Below are positions 8,508 through 17,335 of a DNA stretch of 64,000 bases, piece after piece. The position numbers and the translations under genes are program-made. The stretch is taken from assembly GCA_964475855.1 (NCBI GenBank), contig CAYZAV010000001.1:211987-275986 (forward strand), read 5' to 3'. Under the pieces are notes generated by a model. That model saw only the letters and a program-made list of their open reading frames with translations, was not told the DNA's origin and did no database searches. Source of the stretch: an uncultured Candidatus Saccharibacteria bacterium (lineage in GTDB: Bacteria; Patescibacteriota; Minisyncoccia; Minisyncoccales; Staskawiczbacteraceae). Within the stretch, counting starts at the first letter, position 1. Every line of letters begins with the position of its first letter.

Positions 8508-11237
8508 ATGGATCTCACTATCACCAAGCGCGACGGGTCAAAAATACCATTTAATGCCGACAAAATTAACCGGTCCATTGAACGTGCCGCCTTTGGCATG
8601 ATCGATCCTATTGCCAAGGTGACCCAGGTGGCCACCGATACTAAAGTTACCTTATATGATGGCATCACCACCGAAGAGTTGGACATGGCTACTATTAATG
8701 CTTCCGTCCAAAATATCAAAGAAGATATCGATTACGATAAAATTGCCACCCGCCTGCTATTAAAAACGGTCTACAAACACGTGCTGGGCGACTACGAAAG
8801 CCGGCAGGAGCTAGAAATTTTGCACCGGGAACATTTCGCCACCTACATTAAAAACGCCGTGGCAAGCGGCATTATGGACGCACGGATGGAAAAGAATTTT
8901 GATTTGCAGCGTTTGGCGGGGGCACTGGCCATTGACCGCGATGAGTTGTTTATTTATTCAGGCTTAGATGGTCTGCTGCACCGCTATTCGGTAAAAGACA
9001 AAAAACAAAAGCCGTTTGAAACGCCCCAGTACTTTTTCATGCGGGTAGCTATGGGAAATTCTTTTAACGAAAAAGACCCAACCGATCAGGCCATTAAATT
9101 TTACGAAAAAATGAGCCGGCACGAATATTTGGCCGGGGGGTCTACCAACATTAACGCCGGGGCTATCACGCCCGCGCTATCAAATTGTTTTTTGCTGGAA
9201 ATTCATGACGATATGGGGCATATTTCAAAATCCGTCATGGACGTGATGATGCTTAGCAAGGCCAGTGGCGGCATCGGGGCTTCTATTACTAAGCTACGTG
9301 CCACAGGGTCGCCACTTTCTTCAAATAACACAACCAGCAGCGGCCCTACGCCATTTGCCAAAATTATTGATACGGCTATCCGCGCAATCCAAAGGGGAGG
9401 CAAGAAAAAAGGCGCCCTCTGTTTTTACATGGAAAACTGGCACATTGATTTCCCCGATTTTATAGAATGGAAACACAACGCCGGCGATGATTATCTGCGC
9501 ATGCGCACCGCCGACACCGCTGTATTTATTTCCGACGAATTCATGCGTCGAGTTGAGGCAAAACAGGAGTGGTACATGTTTGACCCCAAAGAAACGGGGG
9601 ATTTAAATGAACTCTATGGAAAGGCTTTTTCTGTCCGCTATAAAGAATATTGCGCTATGGCTGAGGAAGGAAAAATGCGGATGTGGAAAAAAGTGCCGGC
9701 CACTGAACAGTATCGTGCCATTTTGGTTGCTATGCAAACCACTTCACATCCGTGGCTGGTGTGGAAAGACCCCATTAATTTGCGGGCGCTTAACAATAAT
9801 ACCGGTACTATTCATATGTCTAACTTGTGCACGGAAATTTGTCTGCCCCAAGATAAAGACAATATTGCGGTGTGCAATTTGGCGTCACTCAATTTAGCCG
9901 CTCATTTGAAGAAAAAGCAGGTTGACTGGCAAAAAATGGAAGAATCGGTACGTTTGGCCGTGCGCCAATTAGATAATTTAATTGATATTAACGTACTGCC
10001 GGTGCCAGAGGCGGAAAAGTCCGACCGCGAAAACCGTGCCATTGGATTGGGGGTAATGGGTTTTTCTGATGCCATTGAACAGCTGGGTATGCCATACGAC
10101 AGTCCTCATGCGTATGATTTTACGGACAAAATTTTTGAATTCATCAGCTACATGGCTATTGATGAAAGTGCTAATTTGGCAGCTGAACGCGGCGCTTACA
10201 AAAATTTCCCGGGTTCAGAATGGTCAAAGGGGCATGTGCCGGTGGACACCATTGCCAAACTGGAAGAAGATCGCGGTATGCAACTTGATGTTGATAAAAA
10301 AAGTAAGCAAAATTGGCTTGACTGGGACACCCTGCGCGCCAAAGTAAAAAACGGCATGCGCAACGCAACCTTGATGGCCGTGGCGCCAAACGCTAATATT
10401 GGTTTAATGGCGGGAACTACTCCCGGCATTGACCCGCGATTTGCCCAAGTGTTCAGCCGCAATAAAATTTCGGGGAAATATTTGGACATTAACCATAATT
10501 TAGTAACCGAATTGAAAAATTTGAATCTGTGGGATATGGTAAAAACCAAAATTATTGAACTGCAAGGCGATATTTCTAGTATCGAAGAAATTCCACCCCA
10601 CATCCGCGCTATTTATAAAACTTCGTTTTCTGTTTCACCGTACGCGTTTATTGAAGTGGCTGCCCGAGCCCAAAAATGGGTTGACCAAGCCCTAAGCCGG
10701 AACATGTATTTGGAAGACCGCGACATTGAAAAAACCATGGATATTTACACCACCGCCTGGAGAAAAGGGGTAAAAAGTACCTATTACTTGCACATGAAGC
10801 CACGGCATACTGCTGAACAAAGCACGGTGGCCGTCAATAAATCGGCGAAGATGGGGAAGATGGGATTTGCTTCCGTGTTTAAGCAAGAGGAGTCAAAAGT
10901 GGCAGAGGTTACAAATGTTGCAGAGGTACTGCAGGAGGCGAGGATTTTAGAAGAAGTTGCCGTAAGCGCACCGGAAACTATGGATGCAAAGCCCTTCGAC
11001 TCCGCTCAAGACAAGCCTGGCATTGGGTTTTCTGCGGTGAGTGTAAATTTACAGTCGGTCGCCGAGATCCCAACCGCCTCCGCCCAAGGCTCCGGCGTGT
11101 CAAGGCAAATTTTTAGCCATGTTCAAACTGAATTACCGAAAAGCCATTATCAAACTAAAGTAGTTGACGGAAAAGTATACAAAGTTCACCTGCCCAGCGA
11201 CCCGATGGAAAACTTTTTGTGTGACGGGTGCCAGTGA
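8508..11237 (+). CDS. nrdA: Class Ia ribonucleoside-diphosphate reductase alpha subunit with ATP-cone and an extended low-complexity C-terminal tail
   Basis: ATP-cone (ITKRDGSKIPFNADKINRSIERA). Active-site region NLCTEI. C-terminal redox pair ...LCDGCQ*. About 100 extra residues precede the tail. Confidence 0.93.
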   Translation: MDLTITKRDGSKIPFNADKINRSIERAAFGMIDPIAKVTQVATDTKVTLYDGITTEELDMATINASVQNIKEDIDYDKIATRLLLKTVYKHVLGDYESRQELEILHREHFATYIKNAVASGIMDARMEKNFDLQRLAGALAIDRDELFIYSGLDGLLHRYSVKDKKQKPFETPQYFFMRVAMGNSFNEKDPTDQAIKFYEKMSRHEYLAGGSTNINAGAITPALSNCFLLEIHDDMGHISKSVMDVMMLSKASGGIGASITKLRATGSPLSSNNTTSSGPTPFAKIIDTAIRAIQRGGKKKGALCFYMENWHIDFPDFIEWKHNAGDDYLRMRTADTAVFISDEFMRRVEAKQEWYMFDPKETGDLNELYGKAFSVRYKEYCAMAEEGKMRMWKKVPATEQYRAILVAMQTTSHPWLVWKDPINLRALNNNTGTIHMSNLCTEICLPQDKDNIAVCNLASLNLAAHLKKKQVDWQKMEESVRLAVRQLDNLIDINVLPVPEAEKSDRENRAIGLGVMGFSDAIEQLGMPYDSPHAYDFTDKIFEFISYMAIDESANLAAERGAYKNFPGSEWSKGHVPVDTIAKLEEDRGMQLDVDKKSKQNWLDWDTLRAKVKNGMRNATLMAVAPNANIGLMAGTTPGIDPRFAQVFSRNKISGKYLDINHNLVTELKNLNLWDMVKTKIIELQGDISSIEEIPPHIRAIYKTSFSVSPYAFIEVAARAQKWVDQALSRNMYLEDRDIEKTMDIYTTAWRKGVKSTYYLHMKPRHTAEQSTVAVNKSAKMGKMGFASVFKQEESKVAEVTNVAEVLQEARILEEVAVSAPETMDAKPFDSAQDKPGIGFSAVSVNLQSVAEIPTASAQGSGVSRQIFSHVQTELPKSHYQTKVVDGKVYKVHLPSDPMENFLCDGCQ

Positions 11238-11327
11238 TTAGAATTTAGAAGTTAGGAGTTGGAAGCTGGAATAAAAACAAGAAAAAAGCCCGCGATAAAT
11301 CGCTGGGCCTGAAGTACGAAAACGTTA

Positions 11328-11717
11328 CTATTGAGAGAATAGAACATCCATTGCTTTTTCGATTTGCACGGATAGGGAGTTGAGAGTCCTTTCAACAATA
11401 TTCTTTGAATCGGCGTCGGCCAACTCGGAGTCTTCATACCAGACAATCACTCCCGCCATCAGTACGGGCACCTCTCGAATCAAATGCTGAATCGAAACTT
11501 CAAGTGATCCATCAACCTCGAACGTAGCCAATGCTTTGGAAATTTTTTCCCTGATATCAAACGACTTGGTGACTTCCGTAGCAGATTCGTGATAAGATTC
11601 CCAAGAAGCAGGGACTTGCCGCCAAATTTCTAGATACTTGTGCATCTTTCCATCGTGAATCTGGATCATCTTGCGCAACGTATGAACAACAATCTTGATG
11701 GCTTCTTCACGGTCCAT
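11328..11717 (-). CDS. Hypothetical protein encoded antisense between nrdA and nrdB
   Basis: 129-aa ORF. No motif recognised. A hairpin lies downstream at about 11285-11310. Confidence 0.5.
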   Translation of the reverse strand: MDREEAIKIVVHTLRKMIQIHDGKMHKYLEIWRQVPASWESYHESATEVTKSFDIREKISKALATFEVDGSLEVSIQHLIREVPVLMAGVIVWYEDSELADADSKNIVERTLNSLSVQIEKAMDVLFSQ

Positions 11718-11899
11718 GATTTTCCCTCAAAAAGTAGGAATATGGTACTGCACCAATAATATCACTTATAAATCGTTTGTCAATAGTTGCGCCGATTTCC
11801 TTATCTGATAGAATAAATTCACCTAAAATTTAAACATTAAAAATTTGGGAATTTAAAATTGACTTCAAATTGTAAATTTCAAATTTCAAATTAAAAACC

Positions 11900-12895
11900 A
11901 TGCCAATACTTGGAAAAGCCTCTCCAGAAGATGTAAATCTTCACCCTATGCGCTATCAGTGGGCCTATGACCTGTATAATCAGGCTGTGCGTAATACTTG
12001 GTTCCCGCATGAAATCGCTCTGAAAGAAGATTTGGAGGATTGGGCAAAAATGACCGAAGACGAACGGCATGCGGTAAAGTTTACCATGGCTTTTTTCAAT
12101 CCGGCTGAATTAATTGTAAACCGCAGCATTGCTCTTGGTATTTACCCCTACCTGAAAAGTCCGGAGGCGCATTTATATTTGGCCAAGCAAATGTGGGAAG
12201 AAGCAAACCACTGCGTTGCCTTTGAATATGTGTTGGAAACATTCCCTTTTGACCGGGATAAAATTTTCAACGTCCATTTGGAAACCCCTAGTATGCAGCA
12301 AAAAGAGCAGTTTGTGATGAAGTACATGAAGCGCATGACCGACAATCATTTAGACATTGAAACCCCGGAAGGCAAAAAAGATTTCATCCGCAATTTAGTG
12401 GCCACTAATGTGGTCATGGAAGGCATTTGGTTTTACTCGGGATTTATGGTGGCACTGTCATTCAGACAGCGCAATCAGTTGCGTAACTTTGGTAGTATGA
12501 TTGATTGGGTGCTGCGCGATGAAAGTTTGCATTTGAAATTCGGCATGCAGCTTATCCAAACGGTACTGGAAGAAAACAGTGAATTGCTAACCGAAAGTTT
12601 TGCCAACGAAATCCGCCAATTAGTCATTGATGGCGTAAATATTGAAACGGCTTATAATAAAGATTTATTTCCCAATGGTATTTTGGGCTTAAATGCCGAT
12701 TATGTAAACCAATACGTGCAATACGTTGCCGACAGGCGACTGGCGGAACTTGGTCTGCCAAAGCAATACAATGTCACTAATCCGGCAAAATGGATGAGCA
12801 CGGCCACCGATGTCCTCGAACTGGTAAACTTTTTTGAACAGCAAAATACCAAGTATGAGGTAGATTCTGGGCATACTAAAAAGCCACAGGTGTAA
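11900..12895 (+). CDS. nrdB: Class Ia ribonucleoside-diphosphate reductase beta subunit
   Basis: Di-iron ligand motifs (EEANHCVAFEY, MEGIWFYSGF, RDESLHL). Confidence 0.92.
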   Translation: MPILGKASPEDVNLHPMRYQWAYDLYNQAVRNTWFPHEIALKEDLEDWAKMTEDERHAVKFTMAFFNPAELIVNRSIALGIYPYLKSPEAHLYLAKQMWEEANHCVAFEYVLETFPFDRDKIFNVHLETPSMQQKEQFVMKYMKRMTDNHLDIETPEGKKDFIRNLVATNVVMEGIWFYSGFMVALSFRQRNQLRNFGSMIDWVLRDESLHLKFGMQLIQTVLEENSELLTESFANEIRQLVIDGVNIETAYNKDLFPNGILGLNADYVNQYVQYVADRRLAELGLPKQYNVTNPAKWMSTATDVLELVNFFEQQNTKYEVDSGHTKKPQV

Positions 12896-12898
12896 AAG

Positions 12899-12907
12899 TT
12901 ATCCACA
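12899..12907 (+). promoter_or_regulatory. Perfect DnaA-box 9-mer TTATCCACA, 3 nt after the nrdB stop and 9 nt upstream of a -35 element
   Basis: Exact consensus. Followed by TTGACA(12917-12922)-N17-TATATT(12940-12945). Confidence 0.45.
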
Positions 12908-12916
12908 GGTTAGATA

Positions 12917-12945
12917 TTGACACGGTTCTTGGGTGGGAGTATATT
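12917..12945 (+). promoter_or_regulatory. Sigma-70-like promoter (TTGACA-N17-TATATT) driving a roughly 160-nt leader before recG
   Basis: Consensus -35, a 17-nt spacer and a near-consensus -10. Confidence 0.5.
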
Positions 12946-13109
12946 GAGAGTGAAGGAACTCTTAGATCATTCTGATCAACAGGGGACTTTCATCCAATCG
13001 CTTCGCTCATCAACAATTAACTCACCAACCCACCCTTCACCCACCACACACACCAAAACAAACCTCACAAAGCGCAACCCACAAGGAAGCGCTTTTCACT
13101 TACATAAAA

Positions 13110-15752
13110 ATGACCTATGATACAGATATGCTTACCTTAGACACTGCAGTTGAAGATGTGCCCAAAATCGGGCCGGCTTACCAGAAAAAATTAAAAAAAC
13201 TGGGCATTAACCATGTTCGGGATTTGTTATATTATTTCCCCCAGCGCTACGATGATTTTTCTAATATTATCCCCATTTCACAAGCCAGGCAGGGTAATGT
13301 GGTTTGTGTGCAAGGCCGCATCATAGCCGTGGAAGCTTCAAAAAGTGTTCGCAAATGGATGAATATTATCACCATCACCATTGAAGACGAAACAGGCACT
13401 ATCAACGCCACGTGGTTTAACCAGCCATATTTGGCGCAGTCATTGAAGCAAGATGATACTGTTTGCTTGGCTGGAAAAGTAAGCCTTAACCAAGATGGAC
13501 TTTTTTTAAACAGTCCGGCGCACGAACGCCTTGGTGAATTTTCGGAAAATGAGGATTTGGTGCACACTGGCCGTATTGTGCCCGTGTATGCCGAAACCAA
13601 GGGGCTGACGAGCCGTTGGCTGCGATATATCATCAAACCTTTGCTTATCCAATTCCACGAAGTGATGCCCGAAAGCTTGCCCGAGGAACTATTGGAAAAA
13701 CATAAATTTTTGCCTATCAATGAAGCCCTTTGGCAGGTGCATTTTCCCGAATCGTTTGAAGCGGCGGATGCGGCCAAGGCCCGGTTTTCATTTGAAGAAT
13801 TACTGGTCATCCAACTTTCCGTATTAAAAGAACGGGCAAAATTATTGCAGCGGCAGGCGCCACAGTGCCCGATAGATGAAAAACTGATGCAAGATTTTGT
13901 GGCCTCACTGCCATTCACACTAACTGATTCGCAAAAGCAATGTGCCTGGCAAATTTTAAAAGACATGGAAAAAACGGCGCCCATGAGCCGATTATTAGAA
14001 GGGGATGTAGGAAGTGGAAAAACAGTAGTGGCCGCCATGGCTGCGCTTTCGGCCATAAAAAATAACCACCAGGTGGCTTTTATGGCACCCACAGAAATTT
14101 TGGCCAAACAGCACTACAAAGGACTACAGAAAATGCTGGAAAAATTCGAAGTAACAGTTGGCCTATTAACCTCAAAAGAACGGTTTTTGGGCGGCAAGGA
14201 AGTTACCAAAAAAACCTTTATTACTGAATTGAAACAGGGGACTATTAATTTGGTAATCGGCACCCACGCCATCATCAGCAAAGGCATTGAGTTTAACAAC
14301 TTGGCATTGGTCGTTTTGGACGAACAGCACCGCTTCGGAGTCAACCAACGCATGGCGTTGGTTAGCAGATCTACGCAGATAAATACGCAGATTGACGCAG
14401 ATGATAACGAAAAAGAATTCCTATATGCCGATCTGACGTATAAAGTTAGGGGGGCTATTTTCGATGTGTATAATACATTGGGTTCTGGGCAAAAAGAGGT
14501 AATTTACCAAAGGGCACTGGAAGAAAAACTCAAAACTGATGGATTAATTTTTGAAAGGGAGAAATTAGTACCTATTAGCTATAACGGTAAAAAAATAGGA
14601 ACATATCAGCCTGATTTTATCATTGAAGATAAAATTATCTTAGAGCTTAAGGCATTGTCATTTATTGGACCAACTGAAAAAAAACAAGCTTGGAGCTACC
14701 TTAAGGGATCTTCATATAAACTTGCATTCTTGGTAAACTTTGGGCCAAAATTGGCTATTGAACGCATCATCTTCGATGTAGCCCGCAATCAGCGTACATC
14801 TGCGTTTCATCAGCGTGAATCTGCGAAAGAGATGAGAGTACCTCATCTCTTGAGTATGACGGCTACGCCTATTCCGCGCACCTTGGCGCTAACTATTTAT
14901 GGCGATTTGGATTTATCGCTGATCAAAGAAATGCCCAAAGACCGTAAACCCATTAAAACCATTATCGTGGAACCAAATGACCGGCAAGTAGCGTATGATT
15001 TTATTGCAAAAGAGGTAAAAGAAGGCAAGGGAGTGTTTGTGATTTGCCCGAAAATTGAAGCTAGGAGTTTGGAGGTGGAAGCTGGAATGACGAACAGCTC
15101 GCGTGCCCTGAGCCGCGTCGAAGGGTTTGTACCCCAAAATTATAGTTTTGGTTTAGATACTACTCAAGTAAAATCGGTGACGGAGGAGTATGAAAAGCTA
15201 TCAAAAGATATTTTTCCGGACTTTAACGTTACTATGATGCACGGACGCATGAAGCCGGCGGAAAAAGAAAAGATTATGGTAGATTTTAAAAACGGTGAAA
15301 TTGATATTTTAATTTCCACATCAGTAGTGGAGGTGGGTGTTGATGTGCCGCGCGCCACGGTAATGATGATAGAAGGGGCGGAGCGCTTTGGTTTGGCGCA
15401 GCTGCACCAGTTCCGCGGCCGGGTGGGGCGCAGTAACATGCAATCGTACTGTTTTTTGTTCACCACTTCGCCGGATCAACTTAATCGCAAACGCCTGAAG
15501 GCATTAGTAGAATCAAATAACGGATTTGAGCTGGCGCAAAAAGATCTGGAAATTCGCGGACCGGGGCAGCTCTACGGCACGGACCAGTGGGGCCTGCCTG
15601 ATATGGCCATGGAGGGGATTTCCAATATTTTCCTGGTTGAAAAAACCCGTGCGGCTGCCAAAGGAATTTTGGAAAAAGATTTGGCGCTAGAAAATTTGCC
15701 TGAACTAAAAGAGCGCGTCAAAAAACTGAAAACAAAGATACACTTTGAGTAG
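13110..15752 (+). CDS. recG: ATP-dependent DNA helicase RecG carrying two in-frame insertions
   Basis: Wedge/OB region. GDVGSGKT (I), DEQHRFGV (II), MTATPIPRTLA (III), QLHQFRGRVGRS (VI). 880 aa; E. coli RecG, from memory, has only about 15 residues between motifs II and III. Confidence 0.9.
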   Translation: MTYDTDMLTLDTAVEDVPKIGPAYQKKLKKLGINHVRDLLYYFPQRYDDFSNIIPISQARQGNVVCVQGRIIAVEASKSVRKWMNIITITIEDETGTINATWFNQPYLAQSLKQDDTVCLAGKVSLNQDGLFLNSPAHERLGEFSENEDLVHTGRIVPVYAETKGLTSRWLRYIIKPLLIQFHEVMPESLPEELLEKHKFLPINEALWQVHFPESFEAADAAKARFSFEELLVIQLSVLKERAKLLQRQAPQCPIDEKLMQDFVASLPFTLTDSQKQCAWQILKDMEKTAPMSRLLEGDVGSGKTVVAAMAALSAIKNNHQVAFMAPTEILAKQHYKGLQKMLEKFEVTVGLLTSKERFLGGKEVTKKTFITELKQGTINLVIGTHAIISKGIEFNNLALVVLDEQHRFGVNQRMALVSRSTQINTQIDADDNEKEFLYADLTYKVRGAIFDVYNTLGSGQKEVIYQRALEEKLKTDGLIFEREKLVPISYNGKKIGTYQPDFIIEDKIILELKALSFIGPTEKKQAWSYLKGSSYKLAFLVNFGPKLAIERIIFDVARNQRTSAFHQRESAKEMRVPHLLSMTATPIPRTLALTIYGDLDLSLIKEMPKDRKPIKTIIVEPNDRQVAYDFIAKEVKEGKGVFVICPKIEARSLEVEAGMTNSSRALSRVEGFVPQNYSFGLDTTQVKSVTEEYEKLSKDIFPDFNVTMMHGRMKPAEKEKIMVDFKNGEIDILISTSVVEVGVDVPRATVMMIEGAERFGLAQLHQFRGRVGRSNMQSYCFLFTTSPDQLNRKRLKALVESNNGFELAQKDLEIRGPGQLYGTDQWGLPDMAMEGISNIFLVEKTRAAAKGILEKDLALENLPELKERVKKLKTKIHFE
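14365..14827 (+). mobile_element. In-frame GxxExxY-family (PD-(D/E)XK-like) module flanked by inverted CGCAGAT/ATCTGCG heptamer clusters, inside recG
   Basis: The insert encodes ...LTYKVRGAIFDVYNTLGSGQKEVIYQRALEEKL...PDFIIEDKIILELKA...FLVNFG..., the full signature of stand-alone GxxExxY proteins. Flanks are 14365-14406 (acgcagat x3) and 14787-14827 (atctgcg/atcagcg x4). Confidence 0.7.
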
Positions 15753-15805
15753 CAGAAGATCTGCGTAAATCTGCGTTTGATATGCGCGTATCTGCGACAG
15801 AAAAA

Positions 15806-17335
15806 CTACTTACGTAGTTTTTCTGTGACCCAAAAGCCCATGTATCTGCCCAGCATCAGTCTGATTTGGGCATCTAAAGCCGGGAATGAACCAAAAATAA
15901 TTAAGATGGCGGGCAAGCAGATCCACTGCAAAAACAGGAATATTTTTTTAAAGTAACTCATGCCTTTTGGCATTGGCGGCAATAGCATGGTACTCAAGGC
16001 GGCCGAAACCAACATGCCAACCAGGGAAATAGTCATAATCCTGCCCGTTAAAATAGGCAGATTAAATGACAAAATGCTGAAGTTAAACTTATCGCCCCCT
16101 AAAAAAATGGGCAGCCAGCCAAGCATAAAGAGCAACAAGGCAGCCGTGGCCCATGACCAATAGCCGTCAATAATAGTGTAAAGATGCGAAACTTTCGGCC
16201 AAAAGCCGATATTTTTGTTGTGCAAAAATCCGAACATGACATAGGGGATTTCCGCACAGCCCCAAGCCCAGCGTTTTTGCTGGCGATATTGGTTTAAGAT
16301 GGTTTTAAACACATTAGTGGAATCCACCACATCCATGGAAACCAGGTAATAAATGGGCACCACTCGGTAATCCCCGTCATAATACAAATAGGCGCGCCAG
16401 AAAATACGCGAATCATCACAGACCACATTGGCCGGGTAACCCACCTCAAAAAATACTTTGCCGGGAATGGCGTGGCTTGAATACGTGGTTAACTTTTCAG
16501 CCCGTTCCTGCTGGATCATCTGCCAAAAGGTATTTGAGGTGGAAACAATCCGGGCAAAAAACGAAGCTTTCCATACATTATTGTTATACACCGGCACCGG
16601 CTGATAACTGGCGCGCAAGGGGTTTTTCTCGGTCAAAAAATACCACGTCAGGCAGGAAAAATATTGGGGATATACCTTGGTATCAATATCAAAACTAGAA
16701 ACCAAAATATCCTCGTGGGGAATATGTAAATTATCTATCAATTTTCGCGCCTCGCTGCCCGCAAAGGCCACGTTTGACCCTTTTCCTGCAATTTCGCCCT
16801 CAGTGTCCGCCGGATGCACCGTCACTAAAAATGCACGGAAAGCACCGGCGTATTCCCTGGCCAATTTTTGCCCGATATGTTCATACTGCTTGCCGGCGCG
16901 GCCCTCCATGGCCAATACCATAATCAATTTTTCTTTGGGATAATCAGTCGCCAACAGCGACTCCAAGCTGTCACGGATGATGGCCTCGCCCTCTTTGTAC
17001 GTAGGCAAAATGACTACGTGGTAAACGTTTTTATAGTTCTTGCCCCGCAATGCTTTCAATTTTTGTAGCCAATCTTCTTTCAAATGTTTCTTAACCCGGT
17101 AGTAACCAATAATCTGATGCAGGGAAAAGTAAAAAATCCGAAACAGATAATAAAAACAAAAACAGATGATAAAAATAGCCACCCATGAAGGCAGTAGCCA
17201 TGAAAAAATAAAGACTCCTACCAGAGTCCCCAAACTTAACGCCCCCGGGAAAATTTCAAACAGTCGGTAAATGAATTTTTGTTTGCCTGACAAATCCCGT
17301 GCATCGGAAATATTAATGTAATCGGATTTGTTCAT
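15806..17335 (-). CDS. Membrane-embedded family-2 glycosyltransferase (processive, cellulose/chitin-synthase-like)
   Basis: N- and C-terminal TM helices. A GT2 core. QQKRWAWG matches the Q(Q/R)xRW motif. ATG at 17335 (TTG at 17338 in the track). Confidence 0.75.
   Translation of the reverse strand: MNKSDYINISDARDLSGKQKFIYRLFEIFPGALSLGTLVGVFIFSWLLPSWVAIFIICFCFYYLFRIFYFSLHQIIGYYRVKKHLKEDWLQKLKALRGKNYKNVYHVVILPTYKEGEAIIRDSLESLLATDYPKEKLIMVLAMEGRAGKQYEHIGQKLAREYAGAFRAFLVTVHPADTEGEIAGKGSNVAFAGSEARKLIDNLHIPHEDILVSSFDIDTKVYPQYFSCLTWYFLTEKNPLRASYQPVPVYNNNVWKASFFARIVSTSNTFWQMIQQERAEKLTTYSSHAIPGKVFFEVGYPANVVCDDSRIFWRAYLYYDGDYRVVPIYYLVSMDVVDSTNVFKTILNQYRQQKRWAWGCAEIPYVMFGFLHNKNIGFWPKVSHLYTIIDGYWSWATAALLLFMLGWLPIFLGGDKFNFSILSFNLPILTGRIMTISLVGMLVSAALSTMLLPPMPKGMSYFKKIFLFLQWICLPAILIIFGSFPALDAQIRLMLGRYMGFWVTEKLRK

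Noticed and set aside
12917-13120. 67-aa ORF in the recG leader (…SPTHPSPTTHTKTNLTK…)
   Set aside because: It is the translation of the C/A-rich low-complexity tract. It has no RBS and overlaps the promoter.
13247-14107. 286-aa minus-strand ORF inside recG
   Set aside because: It is entirely antisense to clearly conserved RecG motifs and has low-complexity Ser/Ala/Cys composition.
14347-14850. Intein hypothesis for the RecG insertion
   Set aside because: The insertion start has no Cys/Ser/Thr nucleophile and its end has no His-Asn plus Cys/Ser/Thr. The insert matches a GxxExxY nuclease-like fold, not Hint or LAGLIDADG blocks.
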